A DNA stretch of 64,000 bases from Fidelibacterota bacterium (GTDB lineage Bacteria; Fidelibacterota; Marinisomatia; Marinisomatales; Marinisomataceae), in the NCBI GenBank assembly GCA_965212055.1, contig OZ243041.1:832001-896000 (forward strand), given 5' to 3'. The notes below the pieces were generated by a model, which was given only the letters and a program-made list of their open reading frames with translations, was not told where the DNA came from and did no database searches. A program made the translations under genes and the position numbers. Shown piece after piece: positions 34,436 through 45,110 of the stretch; within the stretch, counting starts at the first letter, position 1; every line of letters starts with the position of its first letter.

Positions 34436-36534
34436 TAATTAACAGTTGTTTTTAAGAAAAGTTTTAAATACTCCGAGTTAAATCTTTCTTTGATTAATTT
34501 ATTAATAGGTTTACTTAAATTTGCATCATTATCTATCATATCAAAAGCTTTCATTCTTGCAAATCTAATTATCTTGCCATCGGTAACAAGATTAGCAATT
34601 CTAAATTTAATAAATCCACTTTGTTTTTCACCAAAAAATTCACCAGGACCTCTTAATTTCAAATCTTCATCCGCAATTTCAAATCCATTTCTTGTTTGAG
34701 TAAGAATTGATAATCTTTGTTTCGTATTTTCTGCACCACTATCACTACACAAAATACAATAACTTGTTAATAACCCTCGTCCAACTCTTCCACGCAATTG
34801 ATGAATTTGACTTAACCCAAACCGTTCACAATTGTTAATCAATATAACAGAAGCATTAGGATTATCAATTCCAACTTCAATTACTGTTGTAGATATTAAT
34901 ATTTGGATTTGATTATCCATAAATTTTGTCATTATTTCATTTTTTTCATCTGCATTCAATTTTCCATGTATCAATCCAACTTTATAATCTTGAAAAACAG
35001 AATCTTTTAAATCCAAATATGATTGATTTGCAGCTTCTAAATCTTGTTTTTCAGTTTCCTCAATTAGGGGATAAACAATAATCGATTGTTCATTATTTTT
35101 AGCTTTTTCTATAATAAAATCATAGGCGGTATCGAGATTATTCCTCTGAATTTGTGATGTAAATATTTCTGGTCTATTCTTAGGAAGTTCATCAATAATA
35201 GATAAATCCATATCGCCATTATATGTAATAGCTAGTGTTCTAGGAATCGGAGTGGCTGTCATTGCTAAAAGGTTTGGAACTTTACATTTTTCTAAGAGGC
35301 GTTTTCTTTGGTTAACTCCAAATCGATGTTGTTCATCAATAATAACAAAACCAAGGTTGTTAAATGATACATCTTTTTGAAATAATGCATGAGTTCCGAT
35401 TATAATCATTGCATCACCATCATTGATTTTTTTTAATGCCTTTTTTCTTTCATTGGTTTTTAAACTACCAACTAAAAGTTCAGATTCTATCCCAATCTTT
35501 TCAAAATTATCTCTAAAATTTTTATATAATTGTTTTGCTAAAATATCAGTTGGAGCCATAATTGCAACCTGATAATTATTATCCACAACAACAGAAGATG
35601 CAAGTATGGAGACAATAGTTTTTCCGCATCCAACATCCCCTTGCAACATTCTATTCATAGGTTTTTCCAATAAAAAATCTTCGATAATTTCTCTTAATAC
35701 ACTTTTTTGACTATTGGTAAGATCAAAACTAAGGTTTTTAAGAATCATATTATATTTTTGTGTTTTGAATTCAATAATATCAAACGTTTTTTCGTTCATT
35801 TTCTTTTTTCTCAAGGCTAACAATAGTTGAAGGAAAAAGTGTTCATCAAATTTTAATCGATGAATTGCTTCTTTTGACTCATTAACGTCTTGTGTAAAAT
35901 GTACATTCCTAATAGCCTTATCAAGGCTACATATTTCGAATGATTCTAATTGTTCTTTGTTAAAGTGATCATTTATATTATCAATTGATTCTAGTGCTTG
36001 ATAAATAATTTTTCTCATATTTCTGTTAGTCAATCCTGCATTTTTTAAATCTTCAGTTAAAGGATATACTGGAATCATAAATCCTGTACTTAGTGCTACT
36101 TCATTCTCATTAAGTTTATCATATTCAGGGTGTACAATCTGAAAACGTCCCCGATAATCAGCTACCTTCCCATGAATCGCAATAACTTCACCTTCTTGCA
36201 ATGACTCCTTAATATAATCAACTCCTTTAAACCACATTAAATTGATTGATCCAGTAGAATCATAAAGCGTAGCAGTTAAAAAGGTACCACGTTTCATTTT
36301 TCTAAGATTTAAAGATTTAATTTTGCCAATTAAGTTTACTTCTAAATCAATTGCAATAGAATCAATGGTCTGGATAGATGTTCTATCTAAATATTTTCTA
36401 GGAAAGTAATAAAGTAGATCTTTGACGGTTTTAATCTCAACAGATTCAAAAGCTTTGGATCGTCTTGGACCTACTCCTTTTAAATACTGAACAGGTGTTT
36501 CTAATGAATTAGAAGAGTTAGTTAGTTTCATCAA
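34435..36534 (-). CDS. recG: ATP-dependent DNA helicase RecG
   Basis: LKGVGP, wedge domain, QGDVGCGKT, DEQHRFG, TATPIPRTL, QLRGRVGRG, DLKLRGPGE. Confidence 0.97.
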   Translation of the reverse strand: MMKLTNSSNSLETPVQYLKGVGPRRSKAFESVEIKTVKDLLYYFPRKYLDRTSIQTIDSIAIDLEVNLIGKIKSLNLRKMKRGTFLTATLYDSTGSINLMWFKGVDYIKESLQEGEVIAIHGKVADYRGRFQIVHPEYDKLNENEVALSTGFMIPVYPLTEDLKNAGLTNRNMRKIIYQALESIDNINDHFNKEQLESFEICSLDKAIRNVHFTQDVNESKEAIHRLKFDEHFFLQLLLALRKKKMNEKTFDIIEFKTQKYNMILKNLSFDLTNSQKSVLREIIEDFLLEKPMNRMLQGDVGCGKTIVSILASSVVVDNNYQVAIMAPTDILAKQLYKNFRDNFEKIGIESELLVGSLKTNERKKALKKINDGDAMIIIGTHALFQKDVSFNNLGFVIIDEQHRFGVNQRKRLLEKCKVPNLLAMTATPIPRTLAITYNGDMDLSIIDELPKNRPEIFTSQIQRNNLDTAYDFIIEKAKNNEQSIIVYPLIEETEKQDLEAANQSYLDLKDSVFQDYKVGLIHGKLNADEKNEIMTKFMDNQIQILISTTVIEVGIDNPNASVILINNCERFGLSQIHQLRGRVGRGLLTSYCILCSDSGAENTKQRLSILTQTRNGFEIADEDLKLRGPGEFFGEKQSGFIKFRIANLVTDGKIIRFARMKAFDMIDNDANLSKPINKLIKERFNSEYLKLFLKTTVN

Positions 36535-36540
36535 TAAACA

Positions 36541-37878
36541 TTATTTCCATTCTTTTTTATAAGTATAGGTAATTAATTGAGAACTGCCAGGTTCTACTTC
36601 TAATGGAAAATATATTGTTGACGCATCGTCTTTAATATACATAGTTGAAGATTCTTTTACTACCCAGTCTCCAATAATTCTTTCAACAACTTTGACTTTT
36701 ATAGATACAGTAGATGTATTAATGACTTGAATTGATATAGTAGATTCTTCTACTTTATTTTGGCGATCATAGTTTAAGATTCTTCGTTTACCAACAATAT
36801 CAGAAGCTTTACCAGCATTAAATGATGCAGTTCCTCCCCTATATAATTGATTTAAGTTGTTTTTAGCTAAGAAACCAAGGGAACCATCAATGTTTCTCTC
36901 ATATAAATAAGCTACTCCCGATGGCAATGGAAGATCTAAATTATTTTCTTGAGAATTATCAAAAGAAATCTGGATGTCAAGTGGATCATCTCTCTGATCT
37001 TGCTCAGAATTATTAAATACATAGATTTTTTCATATGAAATATTTCTTTTAGGAATTAAAGGAAATTGGATTGTTTCTAAGGACTTTAGGTTGAGATCGT
37101 TCCCTAAATTGAAAACATAGAAATCTCCTAATTTTGTACCGTTTGGAGTCATTGGAGCACTTACTGCTCTGCTACTTATAAAATCTCTTTTGACTCCTAC
37201 CTGATTTAACACTCCTTCAACAACATTAATATCTAAACCTAATAAATTAACGTTAGAATGATTTACCACTTCCGCATCTACGCTTAATATTGCGCTAGTA
37301 TCGTCCGTATTTAACTCTAGTTTATAAATTGGTTTCCAACTAAAACCAGAACTCAAATATGTTAATTCAGCATTGATACTTTTTTCTTCATTAGAAAAAA
37401 TTTCCCAAAAAATCTCAGGAGTAAATTTATTTGAAACATTATTCAATTTTAAATTTAAGTATTCAATACTCGATCTTTGAAATACCATTAATCCTTTATT
37501 AGTATTAATGGAAACACTGGAACCATTCACATCAAGAAGCGTTCCTTGAATTGCTGAAGTGCCTGTTGGTTTTAATTCTATTTGTGAACCAATATTATTT
37601 TTTAAATACACGTCACTTGAGTTAAAATTTCGATTCATTGTTTGAGATAAAATTTGGACTCCTTCTAAATCAAGATTTGGTGAATCAAATACAATATTAG
37701 GGGATAAATTAGTAAAGCCTACTACGTTTCTACCACTTTGTAAATTCCAAGTAATAGGTTCTTTTAAGGTTGCAAAACCATCTTTATAAATGGTGATAGT
37801 CCTATTATTTTGAAGATCACTAGCATTCTGAGAAAGCGCAATACCAGTAAACAATAGTAATATTAACAACTTTTTCAT
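36541..37878 (-). CDS. DUF4139/DUF4140-like exported protein
   Basis: Signal peptide, ITIY..GFA, LTYL..G.SW.P.Y, PLPSG. Confidence 0.7.
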   Translation of the reverse strand: MKKLLILLLFTGIALSQNASDLQNNRTITIYKDGFATLKEPITWNLQSGRNVVGFTNLSPNIVFDSPNLDLEGVQILSQTMNRNFNSSDVYLKNNIGSQIELKPTGTSAIQGTLLDVNGSSVSINTNKGLMVFQRSSIEYLNLKLNNVSNKFTPEIFWEIFSNEEKSINAELTYLSSGFSWKPIYKLELNTDDTSAILSVDAEVVNHSNVNLLGLDINVVEGVLNQVGVKRDFISSRAVSAPMTPNGTKLGDFYVFNLGNDLNLKSLETIQFPLIPKRNISYEKIYVFNNSEQDQRDDPLDIQISFDNSQENNLDLPLPSGVAYLYERNIDGSLGFLAKNNLNQLYRGGTASFNAGKASDIVGKRRILNYDRQNKVEESTISIQVINTSTVSIKVKVVERIIGDWVVKESSTMYIKDDASTIYFPLEVEPGSSQLITYTYKKEWK

Positions 37879-40499
37879 TTTAACATCGCAATATTGTCAA
37901 TTATTTTATCTCTTTCAACAATAAAATCATTCAATTTGTTTTTTTCATTGTTTACAATATTTTCAGGGGCTTTATCAATAAATGATTTATTTTTTAATTT
38001 CTTCTCAATAGCATTGATAAAATCTTTCACTTCATTAAGTCGTTTAGTAAGTCTTTTAATTTCAGAATCCGTATCTACCAAATCTCCTAGCGGAACATAA
38101 GCAACACATTTTTTACAAATTCCCACAGCAGATTTCTTTGGTTTTTTAATATTTAAATCTATTTCTAGATTGTCAATTTTTGAGAGGGAAGTAATTGTAT
38201 CTTTTAAATCCTCAAACAATTTTTTATCATCTGCATTATTTACAGAAATAAGGACATCAATTTTTTTGGAAGGAAGTATATTTAATTCTGATCGTATTGT
38301 TCTAACTGATGTAACTATTTCTTTCAATGTTGACATTGTTTCTGAATCGTCAACAATACTCTTTTCATTTAACTGTGGCCATTTACTGATAATAATATCA
38401 TTATCTGATTTACTTTTTAGATAACTCCAAATTTCTTCAGTAATAAATGGTGATACAGGATGTAATAATAATAAAATCTTTTTTAGCACATCTTTTGATA
38501 AAATATAAGTATTGTTTCTTATAGTCTGATCATCGCTTTGGAAATTGATTTTGGCAAGTTCAATATACCAATCACAAAATTCACTCCACGTAAATTCATA
38601 AATTACTTTAATTGCTTCATTGAATTGGTATGAATCATAGTAAGCATTAACTTTTTTAATTGTTTTGTCTAGTTCACTTAAAATCCATTCATCCTGGAAA
38701 GCTAATTTATCCTTGTTAAGCGAATCATTAAAATTCTCATCATGATTTAACATAATAAATCGACTAGCATTCCAGATTTTACTCATAAAATTTCGACCTA
38801 TTTCAAGCCCACTTTCAGAAAAATAAACATCTGATCCTTGTGGAGACATAAGCATTACTGAGAATCGAGTCGCATCAGTTCCATATTTATTAAATAGTCC
38901 AATTGGATCAGGAGAATTCCCAAGAGATTTACTGAACTTTCTTCCTTGTTCATCTCTTAAGATGCTTGTGAAGTATACATCTTTAAATGGTGCTTCTCCC
39001 ATAAATTCGAAACCAGACATAATCATTCTTGCAACCCAAAAGAATATAATATCTGGTCCTGTTACTAAAGCACTGGTTGGATAGTAATGTGTTTTTTCTT
39101 CTTCTGGCCAATTATGAACGGCAAATGGCCATAGCCAAGAACTAAACCATGTATCTAATACATCAGTATCTTGTTCCCAATTATCGATATCTTTTGGTGG
39201 AGTAGTAGAAATAAACCAATTTTCCTTTTTACTATGATCAGAGTCCTTTTTATACCATACTGGAATACGATGGCCCCAATAAAGTTGACGACTAATACAC
39301 CAATCTTGAATATTATCCATCCAATGATCATACGTTTTTACCCAATGATTTGGATAAAAATTAATTTCTCCTTTTTTAACAGATTGAATAGCAGGTTTAG
39401 CAAGTTCTTTCATTTTTAAAAACCATTGATCTGAAAGATAATATTCGATAGGAACATCTCCTCTTTCTGAAAAACCTACTTTGTGCATATAATCTTCTTC
39501 TTTTAAGAGACAATTATCTTTCTTTAAATCATCAATAACTTTCTTTCTAGCATCTTCCCTTGTTAAACCAACATATTCTTTTGGAGCATTTGAGTTAATA
39601 GAACCATCGGGATTCATTACATTTACCATATCTAAAGAATGTTCTAAACCAACATTGTAATCATTTGGATCATGAGCAGGGGTAATTTTGACACAACCAG
39701 TTCCAAATTCTGGATCAACCATTTTATCTGCAATAATTGGTATCTTTCTTCCTACAATTGGTAAAATTGCATTGCTACCAATTAAATTTTTAAAACGTTT
39801 ATCAGATGGATTTACAGCTACTGCTACGTCTCCAAGCATTGTTTCTGGTCTAGTCGTTGCAATCTCAATAAATGAATCAGAATTCTCTATTGCGTATTTG
39901 ATATACCATAATTTGCCATTGACTTCTTTAAAAATAACTTCTTCATCGCTAAGTGCTGTTTGTGATTTTGGACACCAATTTACTAATCTGTTCCCTTTGT
40001 AAATCAATCCTTTATCAAATAATCGAACAAAAGATTCAAGGACGGCTTCAGAATACTTCTCATCCATCGTAAAATTGAGTTTATCCCAATCACAGGAACA
40101 TCCTAATTTTTGTAATTGGTTAATAATAATGTCGCCATATTTTTCTTTCCATTCCCATGCATGTTCTAAAAATTCTTCTCGAGAAATATCTTTTTTATCA
40201 ATTCCCTTTTCTTGAAGCATTTTTGCTACCTTTGATTCGGTAGCGATTGATGCATGATCAGTTCCTGGAACCCAACAAGCATTTTTGCCTTCCATTCTTG
40301 CTTTTCGTATTAAGATATCTTGAATCGTGTTATTTAAGACATGACCCATCGTCAATTTACCAGTCACATTTGGTGGAGGAATGACAATAGTATAGTGATT
40401 ATCAGAAGGTTGGCTAGAAAAATAGTCTTTTTCTAACCAATGCTTATACCATTTATCTTCTAACTCAGAAGGAGAATATTTTTTATCTAATAATTTCAT
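37875..40499 (-). CDS. valS: Valine--tRNA ligase
   Basis: PPPNVTG..MGH, GTDHASIAT, WCISRQ, KFSKS, C-terminal coiled coil. Confidence 0.97.
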   Translation of the reverse strand: MKLLDKKYSPSELEDKWYKHWLEKDYFSSQPSDNHYTIVIPPPNVTGKLTMGHVLNNTIQDILIRKARMEGKNACWVPGTDHASIATESKVAKMLQEKGIDKKDISREEFLEHAWEWKEKYGDIIINQLQKLGCSCDWDKLNFTMDEKYSEAVLESFVRLFDKGLIYKGNRLVNWCPKSQTALSDEEVIFKEVNGKLWYIKYAIENSDSFIEIATTRPETMLGDVAVAVNPSDKRFKNLIGSNAILPIVGRKIPIIADKMVDPEFGTGCVKITPAHDPNDYNVGLEHSLDMVNVMNPDGSINSNAPKEYVGLTREDARKKVIDDLKKDNCLLKEEDYMHKVGFSERGDVPIEYYLSDQWFLKMKELAKPAIQSVKKGEINFYPNHWVKTYDHWMDNIQDWCISRQLYWGHRIPVWYKKDSDHSKKENWFISTTPPKDIDNWEQDTDVLDTWFSSWLWPFAVHNWPEEEKTHYYPTSALVTGPDIIFFWVARMIMSGFEFMGEAPFKDVYFTSILRDEQGRKFSKSLGNSPDPIGLFNKYGTDATRFSVMLMSPQGSDVYFSESGLEIGRNFMSKIWNASRFIMLNHDENFNDSLNKDKLAFQDEWILSELDKTIKKVNAYYDSYQFNEAIKVIYEFTWSEFCDWYIELAKINFQSDDQTIRNNTYILSKDVLKKILLLLHPVSPFITEEIWSYLKSKSDNDIIISKWPQLNEKSIVDDSETMSTLKEIVTSVRTIRSELNILPSKKIDVLISVNNADDKKLFEDLKDTITSLSKIDNLEIDLNIKKPKKSAVGICKKCVAYVPLGDLVDTDSEIKRLTKRLNEVKDFINAIEKKLKNKSFIDKAPENIVNNEKNKLNDFIVERDKIIDNIAMLK

Positions 40500-41815
40500 T
40501 TTAAACAATCTTTTAATGTTTGGATTAAATCATTTACTTCATTTTCTGTCTTGGCTTCAGCAAATATTCTAATTATTGGTTCAGTATTAGATTTTCTGAT
40601 ATGAATCCACTTTTTAGACCAACTAAATTTAATCCCATCATCTCTATTAATTTCGTCACAATCAAATAGAGTAGCAAGATTATCAAAATCAAAATCTTTT
40701 GAATCATTTAAAGTGATTTTATCTTTAATAAAGACATATTTAGGAATCTCATCAATTACTGCATTAATTGATTTATTTTTTGTTGATAAAAGATTCAATA
40801 CCATTGCTACAGCAACCAAAGAATCTCTTCCAAGGTGCACTTCTTCCAGAATTACACCACCATTACCTTCTCCCCCAATTGAAATGTTTAATTCTTTCAT
40901 TTTTTGAACAACATGGGCTTCACCAATTTTAGTTCTAATTGAACCTGATGAAATATCATCAATCATTTTTGATGTAGATAAATTTGTTACTATCATGCTC
41001 TTTTGGTGGTTAATAAAATTTTTAAATGCTAAAACTAAAGTATATTCTTCTCCAATAGCTTTACCTTTATTAGAAACTATAGATAACCTATCTCCATCTG
41101 GATCAGTAGCAAATCCAATATCAGCACCTACATCTAAAACCTTGTTTTCTAAATCTTTTAAATTATGAGCAAGCGGTTCAGGAATACGAGTAAAATTGCC
41201 ATCTCCATTACAATTAATTGTTTCTACATCACATCCTAATTCTCTACATAATTGTGGTAAAATAGTTGAACCTGCTCCATTGACGGCATCTATTACTACT
41301 TTCATTTTTTTCGAATGTATTTTATCTGGCTCGATACATGAGGCTAAAAATACTTTATTAATATGCTCCTCATCTGCAGAATGATAGTGTGATGCTTTAC
41401 CAGCGACCTCTGCTTTATCTAAAACATCTTCATTATCAACGGATGTAAATAACTCATCGCACTGATCTGGAGATAAAAATGTGCCATCTTTTTGTAAAAA
41501 TTTTAATCCATTGTATTCTGCTGGATTGTGGCTTGCTGTAATGACAATCCCTCCATCATATTGTTCTTTTTCTGTCATTAATTGCATAGTAGGAGTGGTA
41601 GCTAAATCACAATTATCAACATTAACTCCATATTTAGTTAAAGAATCAACAACCCATTGTGACATTTCTTTTCCAGATTGTCTTCCATCTCTTCCTAACA
41701 CACAAGATGTAATCTTTTGAGTTAAAATAAATGAGGCAATATATTGATCAATTATTCCAGAATTAAAGTCATCTTCAACGACCCCTCTAAGACCAGATGC
41801 ACTTCTTATAAGCAT
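40496..41815 (-). CDS. glmM: Phosphoglucosamine mutase / alpha-D-phosphohexomutase
   Basis: TASHNP, DPDGDR, GGEGNGG, RKSNTEP; exact substrate uncertain. Confidence 0.8.
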   Translation of the reverse strand: MLIRSASGLRGVVEDDFNSGIIDQYIASFILTQKITSCVLGRDGRQSGKEMSQWVVDSLTKYGVNVDNCDLATTPTMQLMTEKEQYDGGIVITASHNPAEYNGLKFLQKDGTFLSPDQCDELFTSVDNEDVLDKAEVAGKASHYHSADEEHINKVFLASCIEPDKIHSKKMKVVIDAVNGAGSTILPQLCRELGCDVETINCNGDGNFTRIPEPLAHNLKDLENKVLDVGADIGFATDPDGDRLSIVSNKGKAIGEEYTLVLAFKNFINHQKSMIVTNLSTSKMIDDISSGSIRTKIGEAHVVQKMKELNISIGGEGNGGVILEEVHLGRDSLVAVAMVLNLLSTKNKSINAVIDEIPKYVFIKDKITLNDSKDFDFDNLATLFDCDEINRDDGIKFSWSKKWIHIRKSNTEPIIRIFAEAKTENEVNDLIQTLKDCLK

Positions 41816-41867
41816 AATGGGAGATTAGAACATTTTTTGGAAAAGATAAAGGTTGTTATGATATTAA

Positions 41868-42065
41868 TTATCGATTATTGAATTTTGAAAGTCGTGAAAT
41901 ACGTCTCAAAGTTTGCTTTCTAGCAATTCTTTTAGTAACACTTGGTTTTTCATAAAAAGATTTTCTTTTTACGTCTTTAAGTACTCCAGAACGCTCCCAT
42001 TTCTTCTTGAAACGTCTTAAAGCCTTCTCAAGTGATTCGTTATCTCTTACATTTATCTCAATCAT
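41868..42065 (-). CDS. rpsU: 30S ribosomal protein S21
   Basis: ESLEKALRRFKK..GVL..FYEKPS; start at MIEINV. Confidence 0.96.
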   Translation of the reverse strand: MIEINVRDNESLEKALRRFKKKWERSGVLKDVKRKSFYEKPSVTKRIARKQTLRRISRLSKFNNR

Positions 42066-42102
42066 AGTTCGGAAACTTAGTGAAAAAAACCAGAAATGCC
42101 AA

Positions 42103-42864
42103 TTATGATATAATATTGTTGGAAATTTCAATAAAATCTTCAACGCTAAGCTGTTCTGGTCTTTCAGTAAAATCTATAGCACAATTTTTTATATCAATAT
42201 TAAGAGACGACAGAGAATTTCTTAACATTTTTCTTCTTTGGTTAAATGCCATCCTCACAACTTGATCAAAAGATTTTAGATTAATATCATGATGAGAAGA
42301 ATTTTCCTTCTTAATAATTTCAATAAAGGCAGATTGTACTTTTGGTTTTGGTAAAAACACATTTGGAGAAATCAAAAAACAAATTTTAATATCAAAATAT
42401 AAGCTGGTCATTACAGTGAGCCTGCTATAATCTTTTGTACCAATTTTGGCAGTTAATCGTTGTGCTAGCTCTTTTTGAACCATAAGATAAGCTCGATTCC
42501 AACTAGTTAAATGCTTAATAAGCCAAAAAACAATAGGTGAAGTAATATTATAAGGAATATTGCCTATCACAACAGGGTTTTTAATATCAAGAGTAGGTAA
42601 GTCAACTTTTAAAATATCTTGATTGATAATCTCAGCTTGTGAAAGCTTATTATGTTGTTTTAATATTGCAATTAAATCACGATCAATCTCTACCATATGC
42701 AATTCATTGCAAATACCTACTAATTTTTCGCTTAATGCCCCTTGTCCAGGTCCTATTTCTAAAACATTTTCATTAGAATCAATTTTGACATTATTAATAA
42801 TTTTCTCTAAGAGATTATTATCAACTAAAAAATTTTGACCCCACTTTTTTTTAGCAAATACCAT
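42103..42864 (-). CDS. rsmA: 16S rRNA adenine dimethyltransferase
   Basis: GQNFL, LEIGPG.G, GNIPYNITSP, MVQKE, QRRKML. Confidence 0.96.
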   Translation of the reverse strand: MVFAKKKWGQNFLVDNNLLEKIINNVKIDSNENVLEIGPGQGALSEKLVGICNELHMVEIDRDLIAILKQHNKLSQAEIINQDILKVDLPTLDIKNPVVIGNIPYNITSPIVFWLIKHLTSWNRAYLMVQKELAQRLTAKIGTKDYSRLTVMTSLYFDIKICFLISPNVFLPKPKVQSAFIEIIKKENSSHHDINLKSFDQVVRMAFNQRRKMLRNSLSSLNIDIKNCAIDFTERPEQLSVEDFIEISNNIIS

Positions 42865-42867
42865 TAG

Positions 42868-43632
42868 CTAAGTAATATTAAAAAAGTTCATTGCATTGTT
42901 TGTAGTTTCTTGAGCGATTTTTTCAAGTGGTATATCCAGAAAATCTGACAAATATAGCGCAATATCACGAACACGTTTTGGTTCGTTTGGTTTACCTCTA
43001 AAAGACTGTGGACTTAAAAAAGGACAATCTGTCTCTAAAACAAAATCTTTTAAATCAATCTCTTGAATGGCGGAACGATTAATAGAATTCTTAAAAGTTA
43101 CATTCCCAGAAAAAGATAATAATATATCTAAATCAATTAGTTGCCGTGCAAAATTAATATCACTTGAAAAACAATGTGATAATGCTTTTTCAAATGAGTG
43201 TTGTTTTAAAATATCTAATATTTCCTTATCTGCATCACGATTATGAAAGATAATGGGCATTGAAAGTGATTCTGCTAGTTCCATTTGTTCTATCATTACC
43301 CTTTTCTGCACATCCGCTGGAGATAGGTTTCTATAGTGATCGATACCAATTTCTCCAACTGCAACTACTTTTTTACTATTTAATGCAAGTTCTTCAAGAG
43401 ATTTTAGGTAATTTTTTTCTACACTCTTTGAATCATGAGGATGAACACCGACAGCTGCATAAACACAATCATATTTATTGGCAATATCAACTGATTTCTT
43501 AGATGTGTTAACATCTGTACCAATACAAATAATCTTATTGACTTCATTTTTTTGTGCATCATCTAAAACATCATCTAATCTGTTATACATTGAATCATAA
43601 TATAGATGTGCATGTGTATCGATTAGTGTCAT
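42868..43632 (-). CDS. tatD: TatD-family nuclease
   Basis: IDTHAH, GVHPH, GEIGID, HCFS, ETDCP. Confidence 0.93.
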   Translation of the reverse strand: MTLIDTHAHLYYDSMYNRLDDVLDDAQKNEVNKIICIGTDVNTSKKSVDIANKYDCVYAAVGVHPHDSKSVEKNYLKSLEELALNSKKVVAVGEIGIDHYRNLSPADVQKRVMIEQMELAESLSMPIIFHNRDADKEILDILKQHSFEKALSHCFSSDINFARQLIDLDILLSFSGNVTFKNSINRSAIQEIDLKDFVLETDCPFLSPQSFRGKPNEPKRVRDIALYLSDFLDIPLEKIAQETTNNAMNFFNIT

Positions 43633-45107
43633 TCGACGATTCGTGGGAAAATAGGATTAGTTTTAGGAATTTTTTCTCCTGGTTTAAGATTGCCCCATTC
43701 TAATGAAGAAGAAGTAGATCCTAGTGCATTAAGTATTTCTTTACATTTCTCTGGCATTACAGGAGAAAGCATTACCGTGGCAATTCTTAAAGATTCAGCT
43801 GCATTATATAAAACATCTCCTGCTAATTCTTTATCGTTTTTAACAAGCTTCCATGGTTGATTTTTTTCCATATAGCCATTAATTGATCGAACAAAATCCA
43901 TAATATTTTGAAGAAGACGATCCATTTGAAAATTATCAAGTTTATCTTTGATATTGATATTATTGACCTTATTTGATAAATCATTTTTACTATTATTGGG
44001 AGAAGGAATAACGCTATCAAAATTTTTATTAATCAATGTAGAAACACGACTTACTAAATTTCCTAAATCATTTGCTAAATCACTATTATATCTCTTAATA
44101 AATGATTCCAGTGAGAATGTTGCATCTGAACCCAATACCATTTCACTCATTAAATAATATCGAACTGCATCAACGCCAAATTCATCCACTAACGTCAAAG
44201 GACTTACAACATTTCCCAATGATTTACTCATTTTTTCTTCATCTGTAAGCCACCAACCATGCGCAAAAATTGTTTTTGGTAACGGAATGTTTAATGACAT
44301 TAACATTGTAGGCCAATAAACAGAATGAGTAGTTAAAATATCTTTTCCAATTAAATGAACATCAGCAGGCCAAAGTTGTTTGAAATGTTTATCGTCCTCA
44401 GAATATTTGGGTGCAGAAATATAGTTAATCAATGCATCAAACCAAACATAGGTTACATAATCTTTATCAAATGGTATTTCGATACCCCATTCTAATCTGC
44501 TTTTCGGTCTTGAAATACATAAATCAGACAAATCTTGTTTTAAAAACCCTAATACTTCATTCTTTCTTGTAGTAGGTTGTATAAAATTTGTGTCTTTTTC
44601 AATTTTTTCGATTAGAGCATCTTTATATTTGCTCATTTTAAAAAAATAATTTCGTTCTTTAATTTTTTTAGCTTCTCTAAATAAACCACTATCTAATTCT
44701 TTATCTGTAATAAACCTTTCCTCAGCAACCGAATACCAACCTTCATATTCATCTTGATAGATATCTCCATTTTTATTGACTTCGTTTAGTATATGCTGAA
44801 CAATTTTAACATGTCGATCTTCTGTAGTACGAATAAAATCGGAATATTGAATATTCAGCTTGCTCCATAGCTCTAAAAAGGCCGGGGCCATCTTATCACA
44901 ATGATCTTTTGCACTTACACCATTTTTTTCTGCAGCTTGTTGAACCTTTAAACCGTGTTCATCTAACCCAGTTAAAAAAAAGCTTTCTTGTGAAACTAAT
45001 CTGCGAAATCTTGCCAAAGTATCTGCTAAAATAGTTGTATATGCATGTCCTATATGAGGTTTATCATTGACATAATAAATTGGAGTTGTTATGTAATAAC
45101 TTTTCAT
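43629..45107 (-). CDS. metG: Methionine--tRNA ligase, short form
   Basis: HIGH, GLDEHG, YVWFDAL, KMSKS; no C-terminal OB domain. Confidence 0.96.
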   Translation of the reverse strand: MKSYYITTPIYYVNDKPHIGHAYTTILADTLARFRRLVSQESFFLTGLDEHGLKVQQAAEKNGVSAKDHCDKMAPAFLELWSKLNIQYSDFIRTTEDRHVKIVQHILNEVNKNGDIYQDEYEGWYSVAEERFITDKELDSGLFREAKKIKERNYFFKMSKYKDALIEKIEKDTNFIQPTTRKNEVLGFLKQDLSDLCISRPKSRLEWGIEIPFDKDYVTYVWFDALINYISAPKYSEDDKHFKQLWPADVHLIGKDILTTHSVYWPTMLMSLNIPLPKTIFAHGWWLTDEEKMSKSLGNVVSPLTLVDEFGVDAVRYYLMSEMVLGSDATFSLESFIKRYNSDLANDLGNLVSRVSTLINKNFDSVIPSPNNSKNDLSNKVNNINIKDKLDNFQMDRLLQNIMDFVRSINGYMEKNQPWKLVKNDKELAGDVLYNAAESLRIATVMLSPVMPEKCKEILNALGSTSSSLEWGNLKPGEKIPKTNPIFPRIVE

Positions 45108-45110
45108 GAT

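Noticed and set aside
42066..42143. N-terminal extension of S21 in the ORF track
   Set aside because: It overlaps rsmA; S21 similarity starts at the ATG at 42065
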